DNA from: Solirubrobacteraceae bacterium
GTDB lineage: Bacteria > Actinomycetota > Thermoleophilia > Solirubrobacterales > Solirubrobacteraceae
Direction of reading: 5' to 3'
Length of the DNA: 43,912 nt
Assembly: GCA_035939635.1 (NCBI GenBank)
Contig: DASZFR010000085.1
Coordinates: 1 to 43,912 of the forward strand
Below the pieces are notes generated by a model that searched no databases, had not been told where the DNA came from, and was given only the letters and a program-made list of their open reading frames with translations. Both the position numbers and the translations under genes were made by a program. Shown piece after piece: positions 28,333-37,606 of this stretch (within the stretch, counting starts at the first letter, position 1; the number at the start of each line of letters is the position of its first letter).

Positions 28333-30660
28333 CTAGATGATCGAGGCTTCTATAAGGCCCAAGGCCGAGGCGCGAGCGACGCCCTCGGTCCTGGATGTGG
28401 CGCCGAGCTTGCCGTACACGGCGTGAGCCTGTGTCTTGACGGTGTTGGTCGAGACGTTCAGGCGTTCTCCGATCTCCCGGAAAGACAGATGGCTTGGCAG
28501 GAATCGCAAGACCCGAAGCTCGGCGATCGTCAGGGAGGCCGGCCCCGAGAGCGCGGAAGCGCTGTGCTCGTCGATCTCGGCCCAGGCATCGTCCAGCCAG
28601 GTGTGAAACTGCGGCGCGTCGACCATGCGGCGAAGTACACGCGACGCTCGCGACAGCGACGCTCGCGCTGTGGCGGAGTCCGCCAGCCGAATCGATGCAC
28701 GCGCCACCAGGATCCGCGCCTCCACCTCGAACCATGGCATGAAGCCGCTAAAGCGGTCGAGCAGCTGCCGGGCCTGAATGAGATCGCGCTTCGCCTCATC
28801 GCCGCGTCCTTGGCGCCCGGCAATCCACGCCGAGACGCAGAGCACGAGCGTCGTAAGGGGCTCGTGCTCCAGAGCATGCGCCGTAACGACCTCGCGCGCG
28901 GCCGCTGCACGGTCCGCGGCACGGTCCCAGTCGCCGTCCTCGCCGTCCATCATCGCCAGTTGCGCGACGCACAGGGACTCGACGACGGGCATCACGGTGG
29001 CGCTGAGGCGAGCGCCCGCCTCGAGGCGGTCGCGGGCCCTCGCCCGCTCGCCGCAGATGTGGTCAGCGACGCCCTGAACAAGCCAGCAGAACGAGTTCCA
29101 AGGAGAGTCCTGACCGAGTAAGGAGCTCGCTTGGCTGGCCGTCCGCGCCATACGCTCGACGCCGTCGCGCCCAATCGCCGCCATGACGAGCGCTACGCCG
29201 CCTCGGAGTGTCCGGTCGTCGTCGCTCGCTCGCCGCGCGATCGCGCTCGAGGCTGTCCTGGCCCAGCGCTCGGCCACATCGATGTTCGCAGCCAGCACCT
29301 CGGTGAATGCCGCGCACAGCGCGAATTGCGGTGAGTCCGCAACCGTGGCCTCGGAGAGATTGTCCAGCCAGCGTCGCACGCGCGGGTCGCTCCCGCGCAC
29401 GAGGTAGGCCGAGGCGTGGCGCCACAGAAGCTCGCCGGCGCGCTCGGACTGGCCGGCGTCGACGGCGTGCCCAATGGCCCGATCTATGTCGCCGCACTGC
29501 TCAAACCAGCGGCTGGCGCGGTGGGACAGGGCTGTGGCGAGACCGCCATCGCGCGCTCGCAGCTCGGTCCGAAGAACGTCGCGAACAAGGGGGTTGCAGC
29601 GATACCAGTTGCCCGCGGTGTCGAGTGGGAGCAGCAGGCGCTGTTGGAAGGCGATCTCCTCCAGTACCGCCGCGGAGTCCGAGCGTTCGAGCACCTCATC
29701 GCACAGTGGTGCCGACAGCTGGTCGAGCACCGAGCAGCGGCGCAGAAACGCGCGCCGCTCCTTGCTCAGGTGGCTCAGAAGCTCTTGTCGCACGTACTCC
29801 GAGACCGCTCTGTCGGAGCCTGCAAACTCCTCGACGGCCCGCTTCACGTCGGCCTGCGCGCGCAGCGACAGCGCGGCGAGATACAGCGCGGCCGGCCATC
29901 CCTCCGTCTTGGTCGTGAGCCGCTCGACGGCGCCACGGTCGGCGTGCAAGCCCGCCGCCCGAAGCAGCCGAAATGCCTCATACGCAGTCATCGCAAGCTC
30001 GCGCACGCCAAGTTCGAGCAACTCGTGGTCGGCCCTGCGGCGAGCAAGCGGAAGCGGGGGCTCGCTGCGCGACGCCAAGGCGAGTTTGGAACAGGTCGGC
30101 ATCGCCGCCGCGACGGTCGAGAGAACCCGCAGCGCCGCGCGGTTGCGGAGTCGATGGGCGTCGTCGAGCACGAGAATCACCGGCGCCCGGACGCTACCCA
30201 TCGAGGAGACGGTGGCCGCGAGCGCGCCCAGGAGCTCAGGCGAGGGCTTGGTCGGTCGGTCGGTCGCGGCCTGCCGGCAGTCGTCGAGCAGGCCGCTCGC
30301 GACCGGCTCCAGCGCGTCGAGGGCGCGCATGATCGCCTCCCCCAGCACGGCGGGGGAGCTGTGGCGCTCGGTCAGCGTGATCCACGCGCACGGTCGCTCG
30401 TCGCGCTCGATCCACTCTGCCAACAGCGCCGTCTTGCCATAGCCGGGCGGCGCGCAGACCAGGGCCGTCGTTGCGTGCCGCGCGTCCAGCAGCTGGCGGA
30501 CGAGGCGAGGACGGCTGACCAGACCAGTGTGGAAGACGGGCGGCGCGCTGAGGGGTCCGCCGGCGGCTTCGTCGAACTCCACCTGCGCGCGCCCGTCTAA
30601 AGGCGGCTCGCGCCGGCGGTCCACCCGGTCGCGGCGGCGCGGACTCGAAGACGTCCCCAT
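28333..30660 (-). CDS. MalT-like (STAND AAA+ / helical sensor / LuxR HTH) transcriptional regulator
   Basis: SRPRL, Walker A APPGYGKT, Walker B VILVLDD, LASRSEP, TEGWPAAL, and C-terminal LuxR HTH (LTIAELRVL...NTVKTQAHAVYGKLG). Start uncertain (30660-30846). Confidence 0.9.
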   Translation of the reverse strand: MGTSSSPRRRDRVDRRREPPLDGRAQVEFDEAAGGPLSAPPVFHTGLVSRPRLVRQLLDARHATTALVCAPPGYGKTALLAEWIERDERPCAWITLTERHSSPAVLGEAIMRALDALEPVASGLLDDCRQAATDRPTKPSPELLGALAATVSSMGSVRAPVILVLDDAHRLRNRAALRVLSTVAAAMPTCSKLALASRSEPPLPLARRRADHELLELGVRELAMTAYEAFRLLRAAGLHADRGAVERLTTKTEGWPAALYLAALSLRAQADVKRAVEEFAGSDRAVSEYVRQELLSHLSKERRAFLRRCSVLDQLSAPLCDEVLERSDSAAVLEEIAFQQRLLLPLDTAGNWYRCNPLVRDVLRTELRARDGGLATALSHRASRWFEQCGDIDRAIGHAVDAGQSERAGELLWRHASAYLVRGSDPRVRRWLDNLSEATVADSPQFALCAAFTEVLAANIDVAERWARTASSAIARRASDDDRTLRGGVALVMAAIGRDGVERMARTASQASSLLGQDSPWNSFCWLVQGVADHICGERARARDRLEAGARLSATVMPVVESLCVAQLAMMDGEDGDWDRAADRAAAAREVVTAHALEHEPLTTLVLCVSAWIAGRQGRGDEAKRDLIQARQLLDRFSGFMPWFEVEARILVARASIRLADSATARASLSRASRVLRRMVDAPQFHTWLDDAWAEIDEHSASALSGPASLTIAELRVLRFLPSHLSFREIGERLNVSTNTVKTQAHAVYGKLGATSRTEGVARASALGLIEASII

Positions 30661-30820
30661 CGCCGACTTGCTGCGCGGCGACGTGACCTCTCCGTCGGAC
30701 GATCGAGGTGACGTTGTCGCGGCGTCCGCTTCTAGTACGGTCGGGGTGATGGAGCAGAGCATTGCGCCGCTCGGACCGGGTGACAATGAAGCGTGCCAGC
30801 GGGTCGCCTTCGTGCCTATA

Positions 30821-30837
30821 CCACACGTTATGGGTGA
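30821..30837. promoter_or_regulatory. Degenerate box CCACAC-GTTAT-GGGTGA upstream of the MalT-like regulator
   Basis: Right arm perfect, left arm has 2 mismatches. No -10 at the usual spacing. Confidence 0.5.
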
Positions 30838-30945
30838 GAACCACACCTAGTTCCTCGCCCCGTGATGCGTGAGGGGACGAATCGGCGCTGATCGCTGGCT
30901 TCGCGCGCGCGAGCGGCGGCGTCGTTGCAGGCACGAGCTCTCGGC

Positions 30946-31809
30946 TCAGCGCGCGAAAGGGATTCTCACCCGTAGGGCTCGCGGGAGTATGCGAAACCGG
31001 ATCGGTGGATCCAGCAGGACGATCTGGCCATCGACGTCCGCGGGCAGCGGGATGGCGGCGTCGACCTCGAGGTCGGCCAAGCCCAGTTCCAGCCAGGAAC
31101 CGCCGCGATCCGGTACGGGGGAGCTGCCATCACCGTTGCGAAGCACCCCGATTCCCAGCACGCCCCCGTCGAGGCGCGTCCGCCGTCCCACGGTATGAGA
31201 CTCGAAGCGGCGGCGGTTGTTGGACACGAAAACCGCCGCGCAGCTCTCGCGCCCCGAGTCCGCGTGCCAGTGCAGCGACACCGGAGGCTCTTGCCGGGCA
31301 ACGGTGTATGAGGCAAGGCTTGCGAAGGCCCAAGCATTCTGTTCGGCCGCGGCGCTCAGCTGCGCCTTTTTGCATTCGAGCCCAAGCGCTGCGTAGTTGA
31401 CGAAGGTGAGCCCGTTGACTTCGGCCAGGTCGACGTAGTACTCGCAGTAATCCTCCATCGCCACGAGGGCTCGGAATCCGTCGTCCACGTCGATGCCGAG
31501 GTCACGTGCGAATACGTCGTCGGTGCCGGAGGGCACGCATGCGTATGGCAGCTCGCGCCCTGAGGCCACCACCGTGGCCTTCGACTGCGAGTCGTCGGCT
31601 CCGGCAAATGCGACGACGTCGGCAGCATATTCAGCGGCGACGGCGTCGATCTCGGGGTAGTCATCGCCGGCGCTCAGCTCGACCACCTTCCAGCCGCGGC
31701 TCTTCGCCTCGCGCGAGAGCTCCAGGCGCGCAGACCGGGACGGGCGCACACTCGTATCGATGATCAGCATCGGTGATCGCGGTCTCGGCGCGGAGGCAGA
31801 AGCGGCCAC
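30946..31809 (-). CDS. Degenerate diacylglycerol kinase-like protein
   Basis: Aligns by eye with 11839-13197: AGADDSQ, VPSGTDDVFARDLG, VDLAEVN..FVNYAALG, VSNN, VDGQ. Confidence 0.7.
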   Translation of the reverse strand: MAASASAPRPRSPMLIIDTSVRPSRSARLELSREAKSRGWKVVELSAGDDYPEIDAVAAEYAADVVAFAGADDSQSKATVVASGRELPYACVPSGTDDVFARDLGIDVDDGFRALVAMEDYCEYYVDLAEVNGLTFVNYAALGLECKKAQLSAAAEQNAWAFASLASYTVARQEPPVSLHWHADSGRESCAAVFVSNNRRRFESHTVGRRTRLDGGVLGIGVLRNGDGSSPVPDRGGSWLELGLADLEVDAAIPLPADVDGQIVLLDPPIRFRILPRALRVRIPFAR

Positions 31810-31914
31810 AGCCTCAAGTGCCGTCTGAATTCAGGTCCCGCATCGCCACCGACCACTAAATCGCCGCGGAGCGCTCGGCTCATCCCACCGTTGGGATGAA
31901 CATTTACATCGCTT

Positions 31915-32154
31915 CTACATTGCGCGGCGCTCGGACATACCGGTTCCGTTGGTGACCAGATAGACGAGCACTCCGATGAACGGGAGCACGATCACGAACA
32001 CGGTCCAGCCGGCCTTGGCCCACCCCGACAGTTCCGTGCGGCGAAAGACGTCGATGAGCACGGTGATCACGATCCAGATCCAGATGACCCAGGTGAAGAA
32101 GAGAATCATCGTCCAGAAGATTTCAAGGAATGGATATGAGTTGGCAATCACCAT
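31915..32154 (-). CDS. PLD nuclease N-terminal (PLDc_N) domain small membrane protein
   Basis: DVFRR.ELSGWAKAGW...LPFIGVLVYL. GGAG RBS before ATG at 32154. Confidence 0.8.
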   Translation of the reverse strand: MVIANSYPFLEIFWTMILFFTWVIWIWIVITVLIDVFRRTELSGWAKAGWTVFVIVLPFIGVLVYLVTNGTGMSERRAM

Positions 32155-32217
32155 GTTGGTCTCCAGTCGTCGCGCGCTTGTCAGGGGCAACGATTGCGCC
32201 GAGCGTCGGCGCGGGGA

Positions 32218-32234
32218 TCATCCCGATCGGGTGA
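32218..32234. promoter_or_regulatory. Palindromic box TCATCC-CGATC-GGGTGA
   Basis: Upstream of the PLDc_N gene. Minus-strand AATCGT (32195-32190) at 22 bp. Confidence 0.8.
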
Positions 32235-32266
32235 GCTCGCGCTCCAGACCGGGCGCGCGCCCGCCG

Positions 32267-34396
32267 TCAGTCGTCCACAGTGGGCGACGTGCGCAGCGAG
32301 ACACCGCCGCTCGCTGTGACGGGCGTCGGGGCTGCCGCGGTGCGCGGGAGCTCGGCGTACTCCTCCTGACCCAGCTGCACTAGCCACCGCCGCAGATGAC
32401 CATGGATCACCTCGGCGCCGACGATGTGCTCGCCGGACAGCTCCAGCTCAACCGGGTGCAGCAGGAACGGAAACGACTGCGAGCCGCCGAGACCGCCGTG
32501 CGAGCCGACGAGCTGCTCGAACGCCGCCACCTCATCCGAGTCGGGCCAGTAGGTGCTGTTGAGAACGATGTCCGGACAATGCGCGAAGCCGTCTGTGCGC
32601 AGCACGTGGCGCGCCGCGTTGGAACCGAACGGCGCCAGCGGATCCTCGCCCTCGCTTCGGTCCTCGCACAGAAAGCGAACGCCCTCTGCACCGAGCACCG
32701 TCGCCCCGTGCTCTTCGCAGCGTACGAGCAGAAAGCCGATCCCGGGATGACCGCGCAGAGCTGGGATCAGGCGCGGATAGTGCTGCTGGATCCACTCGAG
32801 CGACACTCGCCCGGGCTGGCGCGGGAAGGAGACAAGGCCGAGGCACCCCGAGGCCATCACGATTACCTCGGGCAGCGTGCGGCGGTCGCCATCCTCATGT
32901 GCGGCCGACCCCGAGGCGTCGTCGGGCGCACCGCGTCTGGTGAGCCGCCGAACGGCGCGCGAGCCCCGCGTGCTGTCGGCGGAGGCCTCTGTGATCGATG
33001 CGTGCAGGAACGCGAGCGCCTCGTCGGATGACTTCTCTCCGTCGACCACGCGGGCGTCGATCGCGTCGCGGACGAGCTGTTCGAGCGTGATCCCATAGCG
33101 GTCGAGGAAGGTCGCGCCCTGGGACTGTCCGTGATCGGACAGCACCACCAGCCGGTAGGCACGCGGTGCGCTGCGCGCCGCGGCCGCGATGCGCCCGATC
33201 TGGCGGTCCACCTGGCGCAGGGTCGCGAGCGTCTCGACGCGCTCGATGCCCGAGTGATGTGCGACCTCGTCGTAGGCGAGAAACGTCGTGTAGACGACCG
33301 GCCGCGCGGAGTACATGTCGGCGATCACCGAGTAGACCTGCAGGTCGCGCTGAACGACAGTCGCCCAGGCGCGCACGAATGCGTAGCCGAATCCTCGGTG
33401 AATTCGGGGCTGAACGTCCAGTCGGCGCTGGCGCGCGGCGTCCCAGCGCTCGCGAACTACCTCCGCGACGCCGAGAAGCAGCGTTCGCATGACGTTGTAG
33501 GGGTTGGCGAAGTAGGCGAAGTAGTCCTGCCCGACGCGACCCGGGCGGTCGCGGCGCAGCACCGTGCTCATCGTGAGCAGGGTGTGCGGCGCGTCTCCCG
33601 AGACGATGTTCGCGCGACTGGAGCCGTCGTGAAACAGCAGTCCACGACCATCCGAGTGGCGCCGCTCGAGCTCCGCGGCGTCCCTCGGATGATTGGTCAC
33701 GATCGCCGCGTTGCGCTCCTTCTCCCACCAGCGAAAGGCGGGGATGTCGTCGTTGTTGCCATGCAACAGCCCCGCTTGACAGGCTCCGGTCTGAGACGAC
33801 CAGTCCGTCTCCCAGCGCGAGAGCCGATGACTGTCGCTACGCACCCACGCTGCCATCGTGGGTGCGTTTCCGTCGCGCATCGCGCGCACCAAGACCTCGT
33901 GAGCGAGGCCGTCGATCTCCAGGAACACGATGCCTCCGCGCTCCAGATCCTTCGCCGGCGTCACGCGCTTGCCGTAGCGCTTGACTACGTTGCGGTACCA
34001 GAAGCCTTCATCGTCGATCGCCAGCGCGCTGGTTACCGCCGTGTTCACCGCCGCGATGACGATCGTGACGATCACGCCCGCGGCCAGCGAGGACACGTGA
34101 AAGCCGGTGTCGAGCTGGGACACCGCGAGCACCAACACGCCGTTCAGGAGCACCACCCCCAGCCCCAGCGTCAACACGGTGAGCGGCAGCGCGAGTCGCA
34201 GGACAAATGGCCAAACGAGCCCGTTGACCAGCCCCAGGACGGCCGCCACCCCGAGCGCCGCGCCGACTCCGGCGATATCGACGCCGGGTAACAGCGCGCC
34301 GAGCAACAAGAGCGTTGCTGACGACGTGAGCCAGACGGTGAGTATTCGTGCGATCGGCGCCGCCGGGCGTGCGTCGCCTGGAGCCGATCGACTCAT
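32267..34396 (-). CDS. Holin superfamily IV-like 4-TM domain fused to an alkaline-phosphatase-superfamily phosphodiesterase
   Basis: N-terminus LGLVNGLVWP..LPLTVLTLGL...LNG. Catalytic-type motifs EIDGL, SSQT, YDEVAHH, SDHG, GSHGG. ATG at 34396 overlaps the MBL stop. Confidence 0.85.
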   Translation of the reverse strand: MSRSAPGDARPAAPIARILTVWLTSSATLLLLGALLPGVDIAGVGAALGVAAVLGLVNGLVWPFVLRLALPLTVLTLGLGVVLLNGVLVLAVSQLDTGFHVSSLAAGVIVTIVIAAVNTAVTSALAIDDEGFWYRNVVKRYGKRVTPAKDLERGGIVFLEIDGLAHEVLVRAMRDGNAPTMAAWVRSDSHRLSRWETDWSSQTGACQAGLLHGNNDDIPAFRWWEKERNAAIVTNHPRDAAELERRHSDGRGLLFHDGSSRANIVSGDAPHTLLTMSTVLRRDRPGRVGQDYFAYFANPYNVMRTLLLGVAEVVRERWDAARQRRLDVQPRIHRGFGYAFVRAWATVVQRDLQVYSVIADMYSARPVVYTTFLAYDEVAHHSGIERVETLATLRQVDRQIGRIAAAARSAPRAYRLVVLSDHGQSQGATFLDRYGITLEQLVRDAIDARVVDGEKSSDEALAFLHASITEASADSTRGSRAVRRLTRRGAPDDASGSAAHEDGDRRTLPEVIVMASGCLGLVSFPRQPGRVSLEWIQQHYPRLIPALRGHPGIGFLLVRCEEHGATVLGAEGVRFLCEDRSEGEDPLAPFGSNAARHVLRTDGFAHCPDIVLNSTYWPDSDEVAAFEQLVGSHGGLGGSQSFPFLLHPVELELSGEHIVGAEVIHGHLRRWLVQLGQEEYAELPRTAAAPTPVTASGGVSLRTSPTVDD

Positions 34397-35223
34397 GCCG
34401 ACTCGCCGGCTGCTGCGCTGCGGGAGGATGGCGCGATCTCCGTTCGCTGTCCCGCTGCGAGCAGACGCGTCTCCACACCCGGCGTTTGCCGCGCGACGAG
34501 GCATGCGAAGCGACGGGCCGGCAGGGCGGCATCGCCGCCGCGCTGAATGCGCCAAACAGGAGCGAGCGTGCCCCAGTGGATCGGAACGACCACGCGCGGG
34601 GCGATCAGGTTCACCGCCTCTGCGGCCGTCACGGGGTCCAGGTGTCCGGGCCCTACGGTTCTCCCCCACCCCCAAACCGGCAACAGAGCCAGGTCCGTAC
34701 GTCCTGCGAGCTCTGCCATGCCCGGGTACAGCGCGGTGTCACCGGCGAAGTAGCACCCCTGCGATCCCGTGAGAAGGAGTCCGGCGGGCGGCGCGTCCGG
34801 GCCAAGCGGCCACCGTCGCGCGTCGTGCAGCGCCGGCATCGCGCGCAGCTTCACGCCCGCGAGCTCGACCTCGTCGCCGACGGCCAGCTCCTCCGCGTGC
34901 GCAAGGCCACGACTGGCCAGCCAGCGGCGCGACCCGCGCGGCGCGAACAGGCGGGCGCCGCCGAGCATTCGCAACGACGGCAAGTCCGCGTGATCTGCGT
35001 GAAGGTGCGAGACGAACACCGCGTCGATCTCGCCGAGGAGCGCGCGGCTTGACCGCGCGCCAATGCGCCTCAACGGTCCAACCCGGTTGCGCAGGATCGG
35101 ATCGGTCAGCACGCGGACGCCGTCCAGCTCGATCAGCGCCGTGGCATGACCGAGCCACTTCACTGCCAGCGGCGCTGGCTCCGTCGTGGCGGACGGCGGG
35201 CGAGCGCCGCTATCGACCACCAC
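34393..35223 (-). CDS. MBL-fold metallo-hydrolase
   Basis: WLGHAT, LTDP, SHLHADH, FAGDT and PIHWGT motifs. Confidence 0.9.
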   Translation of the reverse strand: MVVDSGARPPSATTEPAPLAVKWLGHATALIELDGVRVLTDPILRNRVGPLRRIGARSSRALLGEIDAVFVSHLHADHADLPSLRMLGGARLFAPRGSRRWLASRGLAHAEELAVGDEVELAGVKLRAMPALHDARRWPLGPDAPPAGLLLTGSQGCYFAGDTALYPGMAELAGRTDLALLPVWGWGRTVGPGHLDPVTAAEAVNLIAPRVVVPIHWGTLAPVWRIQRGGDAALPARRFACLVARQTPGVETRLLAAGQRTEIAPSSRSAAAGESA

Positions 35224-35488
35224 CCAGCAGCGCCTGCTTCTGCTGTTCGAACTCGAGGTCGGTGAGGACGCCCTGTTCGTGCAGCTGGGCTATTTCCTTC
35301 AGGCGGGTGACCGCTTCGCTCGACATTCCGCCGCCGGATGACGGGGAAGCCGGCGGTGGCGGGTAGTCCTGCTGAGCCGGCGCCTGTTCCCGCGTTGCCT
35401 TGTTTTCACCGGATCGTTTGGCCATGGCAGCCGCTCCGCCTACCGCGGCAGCCCTCAGCAGGGGACGACGTCGTCTGACCAGAGGCAT
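35210..35488 (-). CDS. SHOCT domain-containing small protein
   Basis: GGAGGTGA RBS. C-terminal LKEIAQLHEQGVLTDLEFEQQKQALL. Confidence 0.85.
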   Translation of the reverse strand: MPLVRRRRPLLRAAAVGGAAAMAKRSGENKATREQAPAQQDYPPPPASPSSGGGMSSEAVTRLKEIAQLHEQGVLTDLEFEQQKQALLGGGR

Positions 35489-35499
35489 GTGCTCACCTC

Positions 35500-35847
35500 C
35501 TATTCGGCTTGAGCGGGAAGCGTGAGTCCGAGCGTCAGCGTGATCTCGGCCGCCGCCGCGATCGCGCGTGGCCCTCCGACCTGGGGCGCGACCGCAAACA
35601 GCGTTCCGACGATCTCCTCGGGGGTGACGCCTTCCTCGAGGGCGTTGGCGATCTGCCAGCCATAGGAAGCCGGCGGGGCGTCGAGCGCGATCAGCGCCGC
35701 GATTTTTACCAGCGCGAACGTGGCGGGATCGAGGCCCGTTGTCTCCAGCGCCACCTCGCGCAGGCCTACGGCGGTCTCAATGAACTGCATGTCGCCGGCG
35801 GATATCCCGGCGAGCTTCTGTTGAGTGTCCTCTGCAACGGCTGCCAT
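35500..35847 (-). CDS. Carboxymuconolactone decarboxylase (CMD/AhpD-like) family protein lacking CxxC
   Basis: LDPATFALVKIAALIAL...ALEEGVTPEEI...APQVGGPR. AAAGGA RBS, ATG at 35847. Confidence 0.75.
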   Translation of the reverse strand: MAAVAEDTQQKLAGISAGDMQFIETAVGLREVALETTGLDPATFALVKIAALIALDAPPASYGWQIANALEEGVTPEEIVGTLFAVAPQVGGPRAIAAAAEITLTLGLTLPAQAE

Positions 35848-35916
35848 CACGGTCCTTTCCGGTACTGATCGAGTCGGCTGTGGTGCGCAAGCTAGGCGCG
35901 CGGACACTCGGCTTCA

Positions 35917-35933
35917 TCACCCAAAGCGAGTGA
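35917..35933. promoter_or_regulatory. Palindromic box TCACCC-AAAGC-GAGTGA
   Basis: Head of the CMD-SHOCT-MBL-holin/PDE operon. Minus-strand TAGCTT (35894-35889) at 22 bp. Confidence 0.8.
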
Positions 35934-36103
35934 CCACGGGCGCTGCCGGTCGGGCCTGCGGTGGCAAGGGCGGGTACCGGACGCTTACTCGCCTTCATCG
36001 CGGCACCGCTCGGGCTCGAGCGCGACCGCACCGAGCGCGTCGGGCGGACGGCGCGCGAGCTGGTCGCCGCCTGCGCGCGACGATTGCGCCCGGCAAGCTT
36101 GCG

Positions 36104-36120
36104 TCATCCCCTCCGGGCGA
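36104..36120. promoter_or_regulatory. Palindromic box TCATCC-CCTCC-GGGCGA
   Basis: GAGTGT (36143-36148) at 22 bp, with the DUF2252 ATG 7 nt later. Confidence 0.75.
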
Positions 36121-36154
36121 TGCGGCCGGGCGCGTGGTCGGCGAGTGTGAGCGC

Positions 36155-37606
36155 ATGGCGACCACGACCGCGCGCCAAAGGCCGACGGGTGCAGCCGAGC
36201 AGCTGCCGGCCGTTCCGCATTTGACGGTGGCCGAGCGCGAAGCACGCGGCAAGGCGGCGCGCAAGGAGATCCCGCGCTCGAGCCAGGCGCTGTACGAGCC
36301 GCCGGCGGGCCGCCCCGATCCGATCAAGCTGCTCGAGCGCCAGGCAAAGACGCGGGTGCCCGAGCTCGTGCCGATCCGCTACGGGCGCATGCTCGTGTCG
36401 CCGTTCACGTTCTACCGCGGCGCCGCGCTGATCATGGCCAGCGACCTGGCCAACACCCCGCGCTCCGGACTCACGGTGCAGTGCTGCGGCGATGCGCACC
36501 TGTCGAACTTCGGCTTGTTCGCGTCCCCCGAGCGGCGCCTGGTGTTCGATATCAACGATTTTGACGAGACGCTTCCCGGCCCGTGGGAGTGGGACGTCAA
36601 GCGCCTGGCGGCGAGCATGCTGATCGCCGCGCAGTACAACGGCTACCCCGCCAAGGACCAGGACCAGGTCGTGCTCGACACGGTCGAGGAATACCGCAGC
36701 GCGATCGCGAGCTTCGCCGCGATGAAGAATCTCGAGGTGTGGTACGCGTCCCTCGATGCGGACTCGGCGGTCGCCGAACTCGGCTCGCAGTTTGCGCACA
36801 AACAGGTCAAGCGCACCGAGAAGATGATCGCCAAGGCGCGCACGCGCGACAGCATGTCGGCTTTCTCAAAACTGACTGTCGAGGTCGATGGGCAGGTGCG
36901 CATCCGCGCCGAACCGCCGTTGATCGTGCCGATCGCAGACCTCGCAGAGGGCGGCGAGCGGGACGAGATGTTCGAGGGTCTGCAGGAGCTGCTGCGCTCT
37001 TTTCGCGCCACGCTGCAGCACGATCGGCGCGTGCTGCTCGAGCAGTTCGAGCTCGTCGACTTCGCGCGCAAAGTGGTGGGCGTGGGCAGCGTGGGCACAC
37101 GTGCGTGGATCGGGCTGCTGCTCGGCCGCGACAGCCGGGATCCGCTGTTCTTGCAGATGAAGGAGGCCGAGGCGTCGGTGCTTGAGGGCTTCTTGGGGCC
37201 AAGCGAGTTCGAGAACCACGGCGAGCGGGTCGTGACCGGACAGCACCTGATGCAGGCCCAGAGCGACATCTTTCTCGGCTGGGTGCACGTCGAGTCGGGC
37301 CTGGACGAAAAGGAACGGGACTTCTACGGACGCCAGCTGAAGGATTGGAAGGGCTCGGCGGAAGTCGAGCAGATGGTGCCCAGCGGGATGGCTACCTACG
37401 GGCGCCTGTGCGGGTGGACACTCGCCCGCGCGCACGCGCGCAGCGGCGATCGCGTCGCGATCGCGTCCTACCTCGGCAAAGGGCCGGCGTTCGACCGCGC
37501 GATCCTCGAGTTCTCCCACGCTTACGCCGAGCAGAACGAGCGCGACTACAACGCCCTCACGAAGGCCGTCGCCTCCGGCAGGATCACCGCCGAGACCGGG
37601 CTGTGA
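36155..37606 (+). CDS. DUF2252 domain protein (kinase-like fold predicted)
   Basis: RYGRMLVSPFTFYRG, CGDAHLSNFG, FDINDFDE, KVVGVGSVG and LARAHARSGD motifs. Confidence 0.9.
   Translation: MATTTARQRPTGAAEQLPAVPHLTVAEREARGKAARKEIPRSSQALYEPPAGRPDPIKLLERQAKTRVPELVPIRYGRMLVSPFTFYRGAALIMASDLANTPRSGLTVQCCGDAHLSNFGLFASPERRLVFDINDFDETLPGPWEWDVKRLAASMLIAAQYNGYPAKDQDQVVLDTVEEYRSAIASFAAMKNLEVWYASLDADSAVAELGSQFAHKQVKRTEKMIAKARTRDSMSAFSKLTVEVDGQVRIRAEPPLIVPIADLAEGGERDEMFEGLQELLRSFRATLQHDRRVLLEQFELVDFARKVVGVGSVGTRAWIGLLLGRDSRDPLFLQMKEAEASVLEGFLGPSEFENHGERVVTGQHLMQAQSDIFLGWVHVESGLDEKERDFYGRQLKDWKGSAEVEQMVPSGMATYGRLCGWTLARAHARSGDRVAIASYLGKGPAFDRAILEFSHAYAEQNERDYNALTKAVASGRITAETGL

Noticed and set aside
32267-34396. 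Prophage suggested by the holin-like domain
   Set aside because: The domain is fused to a phosphodiesterase, and no endolysin, capsid, terminase or integrase is present in the window.
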